Shown here: positions 51,814 to 62,619 of the stretch, piece by piece
How the letters are laid out: each line of letters starts with the position of its first letter
Position numbering within the stretch: position 1 is the first letter of the stretch
NCBI GenBank assembly: GCA_965243025.1
Contig: CBDETY010000003.1
Location: 1,920,001 to 1,984,000, forward strand
Direction: 5' to 3'
DNA from: Candidatus Latescibacterota bacterium
Lineage (GTDB): Bacteria > Latescibacterota > UBA2968 > UBA8231
DNA: 64,000 nt
Translations under genes and position numbers: made by a program
Notes under the pieces: generated by a model
Databases searched by the model: none
The model's input: the letters and a program-made list of their open reading frames with translations, nothing else
Told to the model about the DNA's origin: nothing

Positions 51814-51849
51814 TAGTATACGCACAACCTTGGCGCTTGGGAAGAAAAA

Positions 51850-52956
51850 ATGACTACCGGCTTCGAATACGTGTTCCCTGCCATTCGGGGCATCCAGGCC
51901 CAGCGGGAGTACTACGTTTCCATGTGTCCAATGCGTCTGCTCCCCAAGCTTTTTCTTTTTGACGAAGAAGAACTCGTTCCAGAACTTCGAGCCCAGCGCC
52001 ATCTGAACAAAGCTCGTCTCCCGGAGTTGTCCCGGTACATCACTGAAAATGCTGACAATTATGTCTTTTCCGCCATCACCGTCTCCGTCGATGGCGAGGT
52101 CACCTTCGACCAGATCGTCGACGAAGGCGGCAGTAGCCGCATTGGTACACTTCGCATTCCCATGTCCGCTCGATTCATTATCAATGATGGCCAGCACCGC
52201 AGGGCGGCGATCGATTTGGCCCTCCGGAAGAAACCCGAACTAGGAGATGAAAGCATCGCGGTGGTTTTCTTTCTTGATCAAGGCCTTGAACGGTGCCAGC
52301 AGATGTTCGCGGATCTCAACCGCTATGCGATTCGCCCGTCGAGGTCGCTCAGCATCCTTTATGACTACCGTGATCAGACTGCACGGCTGACAAAAGCGTT
52401 GATTGCCGAATCGTCCGTGTTTCGGGACGTCGTTGAGTTCGAGAAAACGAGCCTGTCAAAGCGATCAGGACGTTTGTTCACACTCAGTGCTATCTATCAT
52501 GCGACCCAAACGTTGATCAGCGAAGTGGAAGAAACCGATCCCCAGGAGACAGCCGGCTTGGCCCTGAAGTTCTGGGAGACCGTCGCAGAGAATTTGAGTG
52601 AGTGGGAGGATTTCCGAACCGGTGAACTTGCCGCTGGTGAACTGCGGAAAGATTACATACACACCCACAGTGTGGTTTTGCAAGCCTTGGCGCACACTGG
52701 TAAAACCTTGATCGCACGGCATCCCCATCAGTGGCAAAAGAAACTGGCCAAGATAAACAAAATCGACTGGAGACGGTCCAATAGTAATTTGTGGGAAGGC
52801 CGAGCCATGATTGGTGGTCAAATTTCAAAAGCCTACAAGAATGTCGTTCTGACCGCAAATGCAATCAAGATGCACCTTGATCTTGAACTGACTGAGGACG
52901 AACAACAAGCCGAAATCGCCTTTAATCGGGGAATGAATGGAAAAAAACAAGGGTAG
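51850..52956 (+). CDS. dndB: DNA sulfur modification protein DndB
   Basis: FPAIRGIQA, NDGQHRR, QQMFADLN. Confidence 0.95.
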   Translation: MTTGFEYVFPAIRGIQAQREYYVSMCPMRLLPKLFLFDEEELVPELRAQRHLNKARLPELSRYITENADNYVFSAITVSVDGEVTFDQIVDEGGSSRIGTLRIPMSARFIINDGQHRRAAIDLALRKKPELGDESIAVVFFLDQGLERCQQMFADLNRYAIRPSRSLSILYDYRDQTARLTKALIAESSVFRDVVEFEKTSLSKRSGRLFTLSAIYHATQTLISEVEETDPQETAGLALKFWETVAENLSEWEDFRTGELAAGELRKDYIHTHSVVLQALAHTGKTLIARHPHQWQKKLAKINKIDWRRSNSNLWEGRAMIGGQISKAYKNVVLTANAIKMHLDLELTEDEQQAEIAFNRGMNGKKQG

Positions 52957-54466
52957 GAAAAAGCAAGTCTCGGCCTTCGAGCAAGGAGGCTTAAAGGCCT
53001 CAGTTGCTTCCGCCATTCGGAAAGTGGCAGCACTTTACGAGAGTGATGAAACACCGTGGGTAATTGGGTATAGCGGCGGAAAGGATTCAACCGCTGTCCT
53101 CCAACTCGTCTGGCTCTCACTTGTGGAAATACCGCTTGAGAAACGCACCAAGCCCGTCTTTGTGATTAGCACGGACACGCTGGTTGAGAACCCGATTGTC
53201 GCACTCTGGGTCTCAAACTCGCTGGAGCGGATGGATGGCGAAGCGAAAAAACAGAATATCCCATTGACAGCTCACCGCTTGACACCTGCTACTGAGAATA
53301 CGTTCTGGGTCAATCTCATTGGTCGAGGCTACCCTGCACCACGTCCAAAGTTTCGGTGGTGTACCGAGCGCCTCAAAATAATGCCATCGACCGAGTTCAT
53401 TAGTTCGGTTGTGCAAAAACACGGCGAAGCCATTCTGGTCTTGGGAACGCGTAAAGCAGAAAGCCGCGCACGTGCGCGGGTTATGGAACGCTTTGAAAAA
53501 AAGCGCGTGCGCGACGCACTCAGTCCTAACGGAAGCCTCCCAAACTCCTATGTATATACGCCAATTGAGAACTGGACAAATGACGATGTTTGGTTGTTCC
53601 TCATGCAAATCCGGAATCCTTGGGGTTACAATAACAAAGATCTCCTGACGATGTACCAAGGAGCCTCTGCGGATGGTGAGTGCCCGCTGGTTGTCGACAC
53701 GAGCACCCCGAGTTGCGGGGACAGCCGTTTCGGGTGCTGGGTTTGCACCCTTGTGGAAAAGGACAAGTCAATGCAGGCAATGATCCAGAACGACCAAGAA
53801 AAGGAGTGGATGCTGCCGCTACTAGGGCTGCGCAACGAACTTGATCCGCCAAAGTCACGGCAGGCCGACCGCCCACTGCGGGACTTCCGGCGCATGAGCG
53901 GAGCAGTTCAGCTTTTTCATGATCGCCCCATCCCTGGACCCTATAAGCAGCACGTTCGCGAAAATTGGCTGCGGAAAGTTTTGGAGGCGCAGCAGCATGT
54001 CCGCGAGAACGGTCCGGAGGAGGTTCGCGAAATTGAACTGATTACCCTCGACGAGCTTGAAGAAATCCGGCGAATCTGGGTTGTCGATAAGCACGAGTTA
54101 GAAGACAGTCTTCCCTCGGTTTACCGTGAATCGACCGGACAGCCATATCCCGGCAGCCGGATCGATGACAATCCTATCGTTGGGTCCGGTGATATGAATC
54201 TACTTCGCGAGATATGCGAAAAAGACGATCTCCACTACCAACTCACGCGGGAGCTTCTTTCGATCGAAAAAAAACATAAGTCGATGCTACGGCGGGCAGG
54301 GATTTTTGATGTGATTGAGAGTGCCTTTCGCCGACATTTCTACGATGACGAGGACGATGCTCTTGAACGTGCACGCCAAAGGGAGGGAACACTAGAGGCA
54401 GCGCGAACTCGCGTTTTTGCACAAACATCGAGCAACATCCAAGAATCTCTATTTGACGAGCCGTAG
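52937..54466 (+). CDS. dndC: DndC phosphorothioation sulfurtransferase
   Basis: GYSGGKDST, FRWCTERLKI, GECP...SCG.SRFGCWVCT. Confidence 0.96.
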   Translation: MEKNKGRKKQVSAFEQGGLKASVASAIRKVAALYESDETPWVIGYSGGKDSTAVLQLVWLSLVEIPLEKRTKPVFVISTDTLVENPIVALWVSNSLERMDGEAKKQNIPLTAHRLTPATENTFWVNLIGRGYPAPRPKFRWCTERLKIMPSTEFISSVVQKHGEAILVLGTRKAESRARARVMERFEKKRVRDALSPNGSLPNSYVYTPIENWTNDDVWLFLMQIRNPWGYNNKDLLTMYQGASADGECPLVVDTSTPSCGDSRFGCWVCTLVEKDKSMQAMIQNDQEKEWMLPLLGLRNELDPPKSRQADRPLRDFRRMSGAVQLFHDRPIPGPYKQHVRENWLRKVLEAQQHVRENGPEEVREIELITLDELEEIRRIWVVDKHELEDSLPSVYRESTGQPYPGSRIDDNPIVGSGDMNLLREICEKDDLHYQLTRELLSIEKKHKSMLRRAGIFDVIESAFRRHFYDDEDDALERARQREGTLEAARTRVFAQTSSNIQESLFDEP

Positions 54467-54480
54467 TCAGAGCCTAATAA

Positions 54481-56472
54481 ATGATATTGGATGAAATCAC
54501 GCTCTATAACTTCGGTCTGTACTCAGATCGGCAGACCATTTCGCTTACTCCGGCTTCAGCTAGCAAACCGGTAGTCCTGCTCGGGGGATTGAACGGTGGC
54601 GGGAAGACGACCTTTCTGGACGCGCTTCACCTCTGTTTGTTTGGGCCCCACGCAAAGATCTCCAATCGTGGGTCGCTTTCCTACGGAGAATACCTGAGCC
54701 GTTCCATCCATCGCGGAGTGAAAACACTCGAGGCCGCGATTGAGATTACGTTTCGTCATACAAGCGAAGGTCAAGAAGACAGCTACAACCTGGAACGATC
54801 CTGGTACGTCTTTAACGGTAATTGTAGAGAGGTTTTCAAAGTTAGGAAGAATGGAGTCGCAGATTCAGCTCTTTCCGAAAATTGGGCAACACAGGTTGAG
54901 GATTTTGTCCCACCGAACATAGCCCACTTGTTCTTATTCGATGGTGAACAAATTGAAGGCTATGCCTCGGACGAAAAATCCTCCGAATTGATTGGTGCAG
55001 CGATACAGAACCTGCTTGGACTGGATATGGTCGATCAATTGGAGAAAGATCTTCTCGTTTTCGAGAGACGGAAACGATCTGATAAGAAAAATGATGTGGC
55101 CCTGGCGGAGATAAAAGGCGCAGAAATTGATTTGCTCGACCTTCGAAGACGAGCAGATGAACTGACCCAAGAGCGTGCTTCTCTGCAAACGCATGGGATC
55201 GACCGCGTGGAACGTGAGCTGGAAAAAGTAGAAGATAAATATCGCAAGCTTGGGGGCGATCTTTTCGATCAGCGTTTGAAATTGGAACGGTGTTTGTGTG
55301 AGGCCGAGACGGCTGTTTTTCAGAGCGAGAATGCGCTACGGGAGGCAGCTGCTGGTTTATTGCCGTTGATGATGGTCGAGGCCCTTATTGAATCCGCTCA
55401 CACAAGAGACCGACATGAGGAAGATTGTCGGCGCGCGCGAGAAGTGGTCGATGTGCTGCAGGCACGTGATCGTGCAGCACTGAAAAAACTTCGGTCTCAA
55501 TCTCTGTCCGAAGACGTTCTTGAAACGATGAGGCAGTTTTTCAAAGCCGACCGTTCAGACCGCAGGGCACTAGGGAAGAAAGAAACCCTCCTTGGTCTTT
55601 CCCCCGAGATACGGACCGATTTTCACAACTTGATGCGCGGAGACCTTGGGAAGGCGTTGGCCAATGCCAGCCAGGAACTTAAGCGGCATAAGGAACACGA
55701 AGCCCGAGCCGAGGCTGCTCGAGCGGAATTCGAGAGCATCCCGAGCGCTGATACGATTAGCGAGGTCGCCAGAGAACGCAACGAGCTGAAAGGGGAGCTT
55801 GGAACGCTCAAGGCACAACATGCTGCTTTGTCCAGAGAGATTGATCGGTTGTACAGAGAAATAGATCGGAAAGGCCAAGCCCTTACCCGCCTGCACGAGG
55901 CAGAAGCCAAAGCGATGAATGATCGAGATGACCGGACCCGCACTCTGCGGCACGCTGCGAAAGTTCGCGGAACACTCAAGGCGTATCGCAAAGCGGTTGT
56001 CGAACGCCATGTACGCCGCATTGAGCAGCTCGTTCTCGAAAGCTACAAGCAACTCCTCCGAAAAGCTACCCTTGTGACCCGACTGTCCATCGACCCTCAA
56101 CAGTTCTCGATCACATTATTCGGCGGCGAAGGACGGATTCTCACCACGGAGCGTCTGTCGGCCGGTGAACGGCAACTTCTTGGTATTGCCCTGCTCTGGG
56201 GGCTTGCAAAAGCATCGGGCCGGCCCTTGCCGACTGCCATTGATACGCCGTTGGGAAGGTTGGACGCTGGGCACAGGATGCATCTCGTCGAGCGCTACCT
56301 GCCCTTCGCCAGTCACCAAGTCTTGCTGCTGTCTACCGACGAGGAAATCGCGGGCGATTACCTCGACCGGCTTAAGCCGTGGATTGGGAAGACCTATTTC
56401 CTTGATTATGACGACCATACGGAAAAAACTCGAATTGTTCCTGGGTATTTCCAAGAAATGGAGGCAGCGTAA
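54481..56472 (+). CDS. dndD: DndD SMC-like ATPase
   Basis: GLNGGGKTT, FLFDGE, LSAGERQ, IDTPLGRLD, LLSTDEEI. Confidence 0.96.
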   Translation: MILDEITLYNFGLYSDRQTISLTPASASKPVVLLGGLNGGGKTTFLDALHLCLFGPHAKISNRGSLSYGEYLSRSIHRGVKTLEAAIEITFRHTSEGQEDSYNLERSWYVFNGNCREVFKVRKNGVADSALSENWATQVEDFVPPNIAHLFLFDGEQIEGYASDEKSSELIGAAIQNLLGLDMVDQLEKDLLVFERRKRSDKKNDVALAEIKGAEIDLLDLRRRADELTQERASLQTHGIDRVERELEKVEDKYRKLGGDLFDQRLKLERCLCEAETAVFQSENALREAAAGLLPLMMVEALIESAHTRDRHEEDCRRAREVVDVLQARDRAALKKLRSQSLSEDVLETMRQFFKADRSDRRALGKKETLLGLSPEIRTDFHNLMRGDLGKALANASQELKRHKEHEARAEAARAEFESIPSADTISEVARERNELKGELGTLKAQHAALSREIDRLYREIDRKGQALTRLHEAEAKAMNDRDDRTRTLRHAAKVRGTLKAYRKAVVERHVRRIEQLVLESYKQLLRKATLVTRLSIDPQQFSITLFGGEGRILTTERLSAGERQLLGIALLWGLAKASGRPLPTAIDTPLGRLDAGHRMHLVERYLPFASHQVLLLSTDEEIAGDYLDRLKPWIGKTYFLDYDDHTEKTRIVPGYFQEMEAA

Positions 56473-56855
56473 TGGTTGTTGACCACATCAGACTGTCCCA
56501 GCAGGCCAAGGATCAGCTTGTCAAGCTCAAACGGGTCACCGGAATTGAACACTGGAATGTGCTATGCCGCTGGGCATTGTGCGTCTCGTTCGCCGAGCCG
56601 AGTTTCCCTCCTTCCTCAAAGATTCCTGCGGACAGCAATGTAGAGATGAGCTGGAAAGTATTTGGGGGTCGGTACGCCGGTCTCTATATGGCACTTTTGA
56701 AAGAGCGCTGTGTGCGCGACGGTCTTGGCACGGATAGCGATACCCTATCTCAACAATTCCGGCTGCATCTCCACCGTGGCATTTCCTACCTCGCAGGAAA
56801 CAGGAATATACGTAGTATCACGGACCTTATTGCGCTTCCAGTTGCTCAAGAATAG
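56472..56855 (+). CDS. dndE: DndE
   Basis: WNVLCRWALCVS, EMSWKVFGG, LHLHRGISYL. Confidence 0.95.
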   Translation: MVVDHIRLSQQAKDQLVKLKRVTGIEHWNVLCRWALCVSFAEPSFPPSSKIPADSNVEMSWKVFGGRYAGLYMALLKERCVRDGLGTDSDTLSQQFRLHLHRGISYLAGNRNIRSITDLIALPVAQE

Positions 56856-57299
56856 ATATCGTCTTCGTTTGCCGCGATACGGGGCTGGCCCTCCTTGGGT
56901 GGGTTCCCGTCCAGCGATGAACTTGCCCCCCAACTACTGTTCTGTAATGCGACAGAACGATTGGTCCGACGCAAATAGGCGCACCTGAAACGCTCGCTCA
57001 ACCTCGCTCAACGAAAATGGATATCTCCGTAAAGTAGGGAAAGGGGGATCTCAGGGGACCCCCAGGAACAAGAAGAAAAGGGCAGCAAATCAACTACTAA
57101 TGGATTTACCTAAATTCTGCTGTCCGGTTGTCCAAAGACTGGGTTCACCTGACGTATTTGCCGGGGCAGCTCGCTGGTTTTTTGATCGCTTGCCCTGCAC
57201 GAATCCTCTGGCGATCAGGATCTCCTCCTCATCGGCGAGGCCCTTGCCGTCGAGGAATTCGGCCAGGAGGTCGTTATCCCTCAGTGGCACAGCGACCCG

Positions 57300-57660
57300 C
57301 CATTCCTGAAATCTCCCGGATAACACCGCGACTGGCGTCCTTCGAAGCGTAGCCTCCGGCGTCCTCTCGATTTTCCCCAGACAGTCGTTTCCCCCGACTC
57401 GACCTGAACAGATGGCGGAATCGCAGGGACTTCGTTTTCGCCGATTGCTGGGGGACTGCCTTCCCCTGCAAGGCCGACCTTTCCCTACTGCCAGGCCAGC
57501 CTTTTTCGGAATACTCTAGAGGCACATGCAACGGGGAAGCCGGCAGGATCCGCTGCCGCTTCCCAGTCCTTCTGTCGGTGACACGCCGACAGAATCACCT
57601 TCCCACTGAAACCGAAAGGACTGCCATGGGAGCGTGAATCACACTATTTGTTGAGGGCAG
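57300..57660 (+). repeat. Orphan copy of the IS1595 upstream region and leader without a transposase
   Basis: TCCTGAAATCTCC, CGTCCTCTCGATT, AGGCACATGCAACGGG, both hairpins, ATGGGAGCGTGAATCAC then an early stop. Confidence 0.9.
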
Positions 57661-57802
57661 GCCCTTGGCCGGGGGGTTCTGGTGGAGCCTGATACAGTTG
57701 CCCGAAAAGTTGCTCGAACCGCTGGACCTGCTGCGGAACCCAGTGGTCCGCCTAACCGAGCGTCAAGGGGGGCAAAAGGGTAAGCTTGATTAAGAAACAT
57801 AG

Positions 57803-60800
57803 TCACGCCATGAGGCCGTCAGCCCCGCGAAACCGCTGAACCGCCATTTCGAACGGCAGGGCATCTTCCCAGATTGCGCGACCGATTCGGAAGCGTGCCT
57901 CGCCCTCCGTGATTTCGAGTTCAATCTCGCCTCGCGGTTTGCGGGCAGTGTCCGCCGCTTCTTGAAGGGACTCGTAGTCCGACACTGCCGTCTGGAGGTG
58001 CGCCCCGATTCCGAATACGACCCGGAGCCCCTCGCGGATCATCTCGCTGGTTGGGGCGTCGTCATTTAGGGGAACCACGCACAGCGCGAAGCGGTCGCCG
58101 AGGGAGCACGCCTGCTTCGCCTGGACGGGCGTCATCTTCACTATGTCTCCTTTCGTGCTTTTGACTTCAATGAACGTGGAGCCGGGGGTGCCCTCCAGTT
58201 CGAGCCAGATCTCCTCATCGTTCTCGACGAAGTCGCTCTCCACCTCGAAGTCGGACCCTATCCCCGTGCGGCGCACGGTCAGTCCACAGCCTTCTAACTC
58301 CTGCTGCAGGAGTTGTTCGACCCGACGGCCGATCTCCTGGTTCCGCCGGACCTTCTGCCGGTCCTTCTTCTGTTCCTCGATCGAGTCTATGATCTCCGGA
58401 TGCTCGCAGATCTCGGTCGCCAATTGGCGGAGGCGGTCGACATCGCCAGCCACCTCCGCTAGGTCATGCATTGACCGGATCAACATCAGCCGTTGGTCTT
58501 CGTCGACGGCCACGGCCCGAAGCGCGAGGTCTGAGGGCCTGATCCCCAAGGCGTCCAGGAGTTCCTTACCCCGGGCACGGGACAGGAGTTCCTGCGTTTC
58601 CGGCGAATCCGCGAGGAGCTCTGCCAGCGATTCAGCGGATGCCGTCTCAGCGCGACCGCTGCTTGCATCGATCGGCACCCACCTCCGGTGGCGGAGCGGC
58701 GTGAGCCAAGCTGCACGGTAGGTCTTGTGGCAGTCGCCGCATTCGCAGTCGACGCCGAATTTATGGAAAGCTCTCTCGTCCGACTCTGCCACGTACTCGA
58801 TTAGGAACCGGACGAATTCCTTGGCACGCCTCCTGCTCTTTCGCGCCGTGTCGATCAATCCGATGTCGGATTCCTGAAGACACGCCACGTCTGATACCTC
58901 GACCTCGAGCGTCGACTTGTGGATGCCCTCAGGCGGCTCGTCGGGCAGGAATGCCTCAACCACTCGCTTTGTCTCGATCAACGGGGAGGCGTTCAAGTAG
59001 CCGCTCGCCACCAGCCTATCCCACACCTCGGGTTCGGTTTGGTCGACGAAGGCTTCCGCAAGTACTTTGCCCTTGGGGAACAGTGAACCGAACCGCCGTG
59101 CGCCTTCGGGCCAGATCGCAAGCGGCGCCAAGGGCTTTTCGGGTGCATCGCGTCCCCGTTCGAGACACAGCACGGCGAGGACGTCATCGCCCTCTCCGGC
59201 CGTCGGCACGGGGTAGCCCTCCAGAAGTTCAAGGTAGTCCGGGTGGACGGCAATCCAGTTAAACAGCCTGACAGCCGCCGGAGCCAGGAGCACCTTGATC
59301 GTTCCGTCCCGGCACTCCTCCTTCACGTGCGCCAGGAGTTTATCGAGCACCTCCCGTTCTTGCCTCGGCTCAAGGAGTTGGGTCAATACGTCCATCTCTG
59401 CCTGCCTGTCAAGCAGTTCGTTGCGAAACTCCAGGCCGAATGCCTCCGCGATGTCCTTGAGCTCGTCGGAGATCCCCTGGTCGCGAAAGAGGCCCTTGCG
59501 GGTTCGCAGGCCACCGGCTTGGGTAGGAAGTAACTTGTGCTTGTCGAGGATTCCTGTTTTTCCTGAGTCACAGACAAGTTCGAAAAAGGACAGGAGCCAG
59601 GACAGGCTTTCCCTGCTCGTCAGTAGCTGTTGCAGACCCTCCACGCTCTCTGCGTCGCTGACCAACTGTGCGACCTTTTCTATTGTTAAGGCCTCGTCCA
59701 TTTCCTCCCGCGGTTTGTCCAAGAGCTTTGCCCAGTTGGTGAGGTTTTTCGACCAGGAGTCCAGTTCCTCGCAGCAGGGAAGCCGCTGCTGGGCCTCGCT
59801 CCACAAGGACATGAGAGTCCAGAGCTCGGTTGAATGGGCTGGGTCTTCGGTCGTCGGCACCCACGACGCTTGCGGCTGTATCCAGTCCCCACCCAGAGTC
59901 GGCATCAGCGGCGTTGCCCGGGCTTTTCGGACCAGTTGAGTTAAGAGGCCGCGAAAAAAAGCATCTCCGTCAACCCAGTCCGGATGATGCGCGGTGTCGA
60001 AACCCAGCACTTGGTGGGCCTTGGTCCACTTCCTCTGGGCACACCAATCCAGGATCTGCTCTTGGTGCCGAACTGATTCCAGTAGCAATTGCTTGTTCTT
60101 ACGCACCCCTTCGGAATCTCCGGTCAAGAAGATACCGTTGCGGTCTTCGTGGGGCTTGAACCGTTTGCTGTTCACCGTAGCCGGAAGCCCCAGACCTTCG
60201 CTGCCTATCAGCGGGAAAACCACGAATAGTTTCGCAGTTGTCTCGTACCCCTGATCGATCTGAAGTCCGGATTCGCTTGGACGGAGCTGGAGTGCTGCGC
60301 AACATTCGCCTTCCCCTTCCGCGACTGCCACGTAGCGGGCCAAGTCCTCACCTGCCTCTGCGTACTGAATCAATAGCTCGCCGTCCGCACTCCGGTTGCC
60401 GCGTGTAAGGCTCCACCTTGCGTCGGAGGTCCCGACATGGATACTCGTAATCTCCGGACAGAAAGCCAGGACTAGCGGTCCGCACCGGCGAAGCTCCTCC
60501 AACCCCGCTTCGGCCAGCCCGCGCCCTGGTGGCGTGAATTGGTAGGCAAACGAGGTGTTCGGGCCCGCCCCCGGCTGCGCAGGTTTGACCGACTGCACGA
60601 ACGAGTCCCATGACCGATTCATTGCACAACCCAACTCTTCAACGGTCCTCCCAGTACGATCCAGCAGGAAGGTAAATGCTTTCAAGTCGTCGAGCCGCCC
60701 CGCAACTCGGATTTTCCGGGACAGGAGGTGCGTGGTCAGGAATCCCGACCCGAACTGACCGATGTATTGGTCGTCCTGAAACTTGGTCGAGCCATGGTAC

Positions 60801-61057
60801 ACGAGATGCGCTATCTCATCGGACGTAAATGGCTTGCCGTCGTGCGCGAACCGGAACTCCTTCGCCGAAACGCGCATCTCGATGCGGACACCTTTGCCCC
60901 TTGCCACATCCCGGGCGTTTTGAAGCAATTCCCAGATCCAGCGTGCGCTCAGAAGAGTTCGGTTGTTCTCGATTCGCTCAAGGTGCTTGAACACGGTTTG
61001 CCCAATGGTTTCCGCAACGACGCGGTCCTTGGCATCGTTCAGTTCTTTTTCGGTCAC
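57803..61057 (-). CDS. Sacsin-like HATPase + DUF3883 protein (second, distantly related)
   Basis: WELLQNARD, HDGKPF, GSTK...IGQFGSGFLTTH; C-terminal GIGSDFEV...FIEVKST. Confidence 0.88.
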   Translation of the reverse strand: MTEKELNDAKDRVVAETIGQTVFKHLERIENNRTLLSARWIWELLQNARDVARGKGVRIEMRVSAKEFRFAHDGKPFTSDEIAHLVYHGSTKFQDDQYIGQFGSGFLTTHLLSRKIRVAGRLDDLKAFTFLLDRTGRTVEELGCAMNRSWDSFVQSVKPAQPGAGPNTSFAYQFTPPGRGLAEAGLEELRRCGPLVLAFCPEITSIHVGTSDARWSLTRGNRSADGELLIQYAEAGEDLARYVAVAEGEGECCAALQLRPSESGLQIDQGYETTAKLFVVFPLIGSEGLGLPATVNSKRFKPHEDRNGIFLTGDSEGVRKNKQLLLESVRHQEQILDWCAQRKWTKAHQVLGFDTAHHPDWVDGDAFFRGLLTQLVRKARATPLMPTLGGDWIQPQASWVPTTEDPAHSTELWTLMSLWSEAQQRLPCCEELDSWSKNLTNWAKLLDKPREEMDEALTIEKVAQLVSDAESVEGLQQLLTSRESLSWLLSFFELVCDSGKTGILDKHKLLPTQAGGLRTRKGLFRDQGISDELKDIAEAFGLEFRNELLDRQAEMDVLTQLLEPRQEREVLDKLLAHVKEECRDGTIKVLLAPAAVRLFNWIAVHPDYLELLEGYPVPTAGEGDDVLAVLCLERGRDAPEKPLAPLAIWPEGARRFGSLFPKGKVLAEAFVDQTEPEVWDRLVASGYLNASPLIETKRVVEAFLPDEPPEGIHKSTLEVEVSDVACLQESDIGLIDTARKSRRRAKEFVRFLIEYVAESDERAFHKFGVDCECGDCHKTYRAAWLTPLRHRRWVPIDASSGRAETASAESLAELLADSPETQELLSRARGKELLDALGIRPSDLALRAVAVDEDQRLMLIRSMHDLAEVAGDVDRLRQLATEICEHPEIIDSIEEQKKDRQKVRRNQEIGRRVEQLLQQELEGCGLTVRRTGIGSDFEVESDFVENDEEIWLELEGTPGSTFIEVKSTKGDIVKMTPVQAKQACSLGDRFALCVVPLNDDAPTSEMIREGLRVVFGIGAHLQTAVSDYESLQEAADTARKPRGEIELEITEGEARFRIGRAIWEDALPFEMAVQRFRGADGLMA

Positions 61058-61350
61058 CTGCCAGTCTCCAAGAGTAAGGACTCCACCTGCCCTGTTTTAA
61101 GGCTCCTCTGTGCCTCGACCGGTCGGTTCTGGTGGAGCGGCTTGAGTTTCACGAGAACGCTCCCAGGGGGGCTCGACATGTTCCGCAACCAGTAGTGTGA
61201 AGGGCGTCCACAGCGGAAGAGGGAGTTTCGGCCCGGACGAGGTACGGAAATCGTTATCCTTCGAGGGCGTTCCTCCAACCGTCTTCACCCGTTCTGTGCA
61301 TCAATCCTGACCACATGGGCAGTCCCCCTCTGAGAAGTAGCAAGTTTATT

Positions 61351-62388
61351 CTAACTGGCCATATTTTTCCCGTCGGTACTCCACACGTTATCCCGTTCAA
61401 CAACTATAACCATACAAAATTTGGACAAGTCTTTTCCTTTCCAAAAGGATATATCGTATAAGGAATATGAAGACCAGTTGGTTATTACCAGAATACACGG
61501 GTTACTCTGAACGCGAGATGATTTTTTTTCAAGAATTCGAATGACTTCTTTGCTGACATCAGCCAAAGTTTCCCCAGGCTGTTTAGCGACACGTTGGATT
61601 GTCTCTTCTAGATTTTGGTATCCTGCCTTGATGGTCCATTTGCCCAAATCTGGTACAGAGGTTATTTCGATGTCATAAACGGTACCTTTGATAGCTGCTC
61701 TATAATCAGGGAATTCATTCTCCCCATTCGGATATTTTTGTTCTTCTGAAATGGTTATTTTCTTCTTCAGAATCCACAGTGAAACCTTATTCCAAGTAAT
61801 TTCTTCGGAGATCTCATTGCTATTCATCATCTCTGGTGAGAACATGGATATATTTGTTGGAGAATCGCTGGCAAGTATTTCCCACGGTGAATCGGCGGGA
61901 TTGTTCAAAACAATAAACATATCTTTTCTTTCTGCATCTATATCAAGGATTTCCTCGAAAAGTGGTAGAGATTTTTCAGTTCCTTTCTTGTTGCGAACGT
62001 GGAGAACTTTCCGAGCCTTTTTCCTGAATGGTTCCTCTTTTGTGACTATTGGAGAAGGAAGATGTGCTAACTGCTTGGTTACCGTAGTCTCAAGAGATTT
62101 AGAGAAAAGAATGGTTACGGAAGTAACTCCTTCGGCAAAATCGGGATCAGCAGCCTCAACGGTGTTATAATGATCCTGAATTGTTTTTACAATATTTCCC
62201 TCATCATTACCTCGTGAGATCCCTGGTAAATCTCCTAAATGGTACCACAAACGATAATCCCACATCTTTAAAAAGATGCGGTTCATTTCTCCAGGCGATG
62301 CCTCAATAATTATCGGGCATCGCATCAAAAGTGGATGATCCTGCTCGACACGACGCACGGGCAGTCCGTATGGAATTCTCCCATTCAT
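61351..62388 (-). CDS. AT-rich hypothetical protein, possible PD-(D/E)xK-type nuclease
   Basis: 345-aa ORF; ENEFPDY...YDIEIT, KKSSR. Confidence 0.6.
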   Translation of the reverse strand: MNGRIPYGLPVRRVEQDHPLLMRCPIIIEASPGEMNRIFLKMWDYRLWYHLGDLPGISRGNDEGNIVKTIQDHYNTVEAADPDFAEGVTSVTILFSKSLETTVTKQLAHLPSPIVTKEEPFRKKARKVLHVRNKKGTEKSLPLFEEILDIDAERKDMFIVLNNPADSPWEILASDSPTNISMFSPEMMNSNEISEEITWNKVSLWILKKKITISEEQKYPNGENEFPDYRAAIKGTVYDIEITSVPDLGKWTIKAGYQNLEETIQRVAKQPGETLADVSKEVIRILEKKSSRVQSNPCILVITNWSSYSLYDISFWKGKDLSKFCMVIVVERDNVWSTDGKNMAS

Positions 62389-62619
62389 ATAAATAAATCC
62401 TCCTAGTTAGGATCAGAGGGATCGGCGTTGGTGAAGATTTCCCACGCCGGCTGTTCTGGCTTTTACCGAGTCCTTTCGTCCATCCATTTCTCCGGTTTCA
62501 TGGGTTATACAGGGCCAAGTGGGGGAACAAAGGAAGCCGTCGTTCGATTCGATTCAATAAGGTTTTCCACATCGCTTCCGTGATTGAGGGCAAACCAATG
62601 GAGGCCGTTTTTTCGCCCC

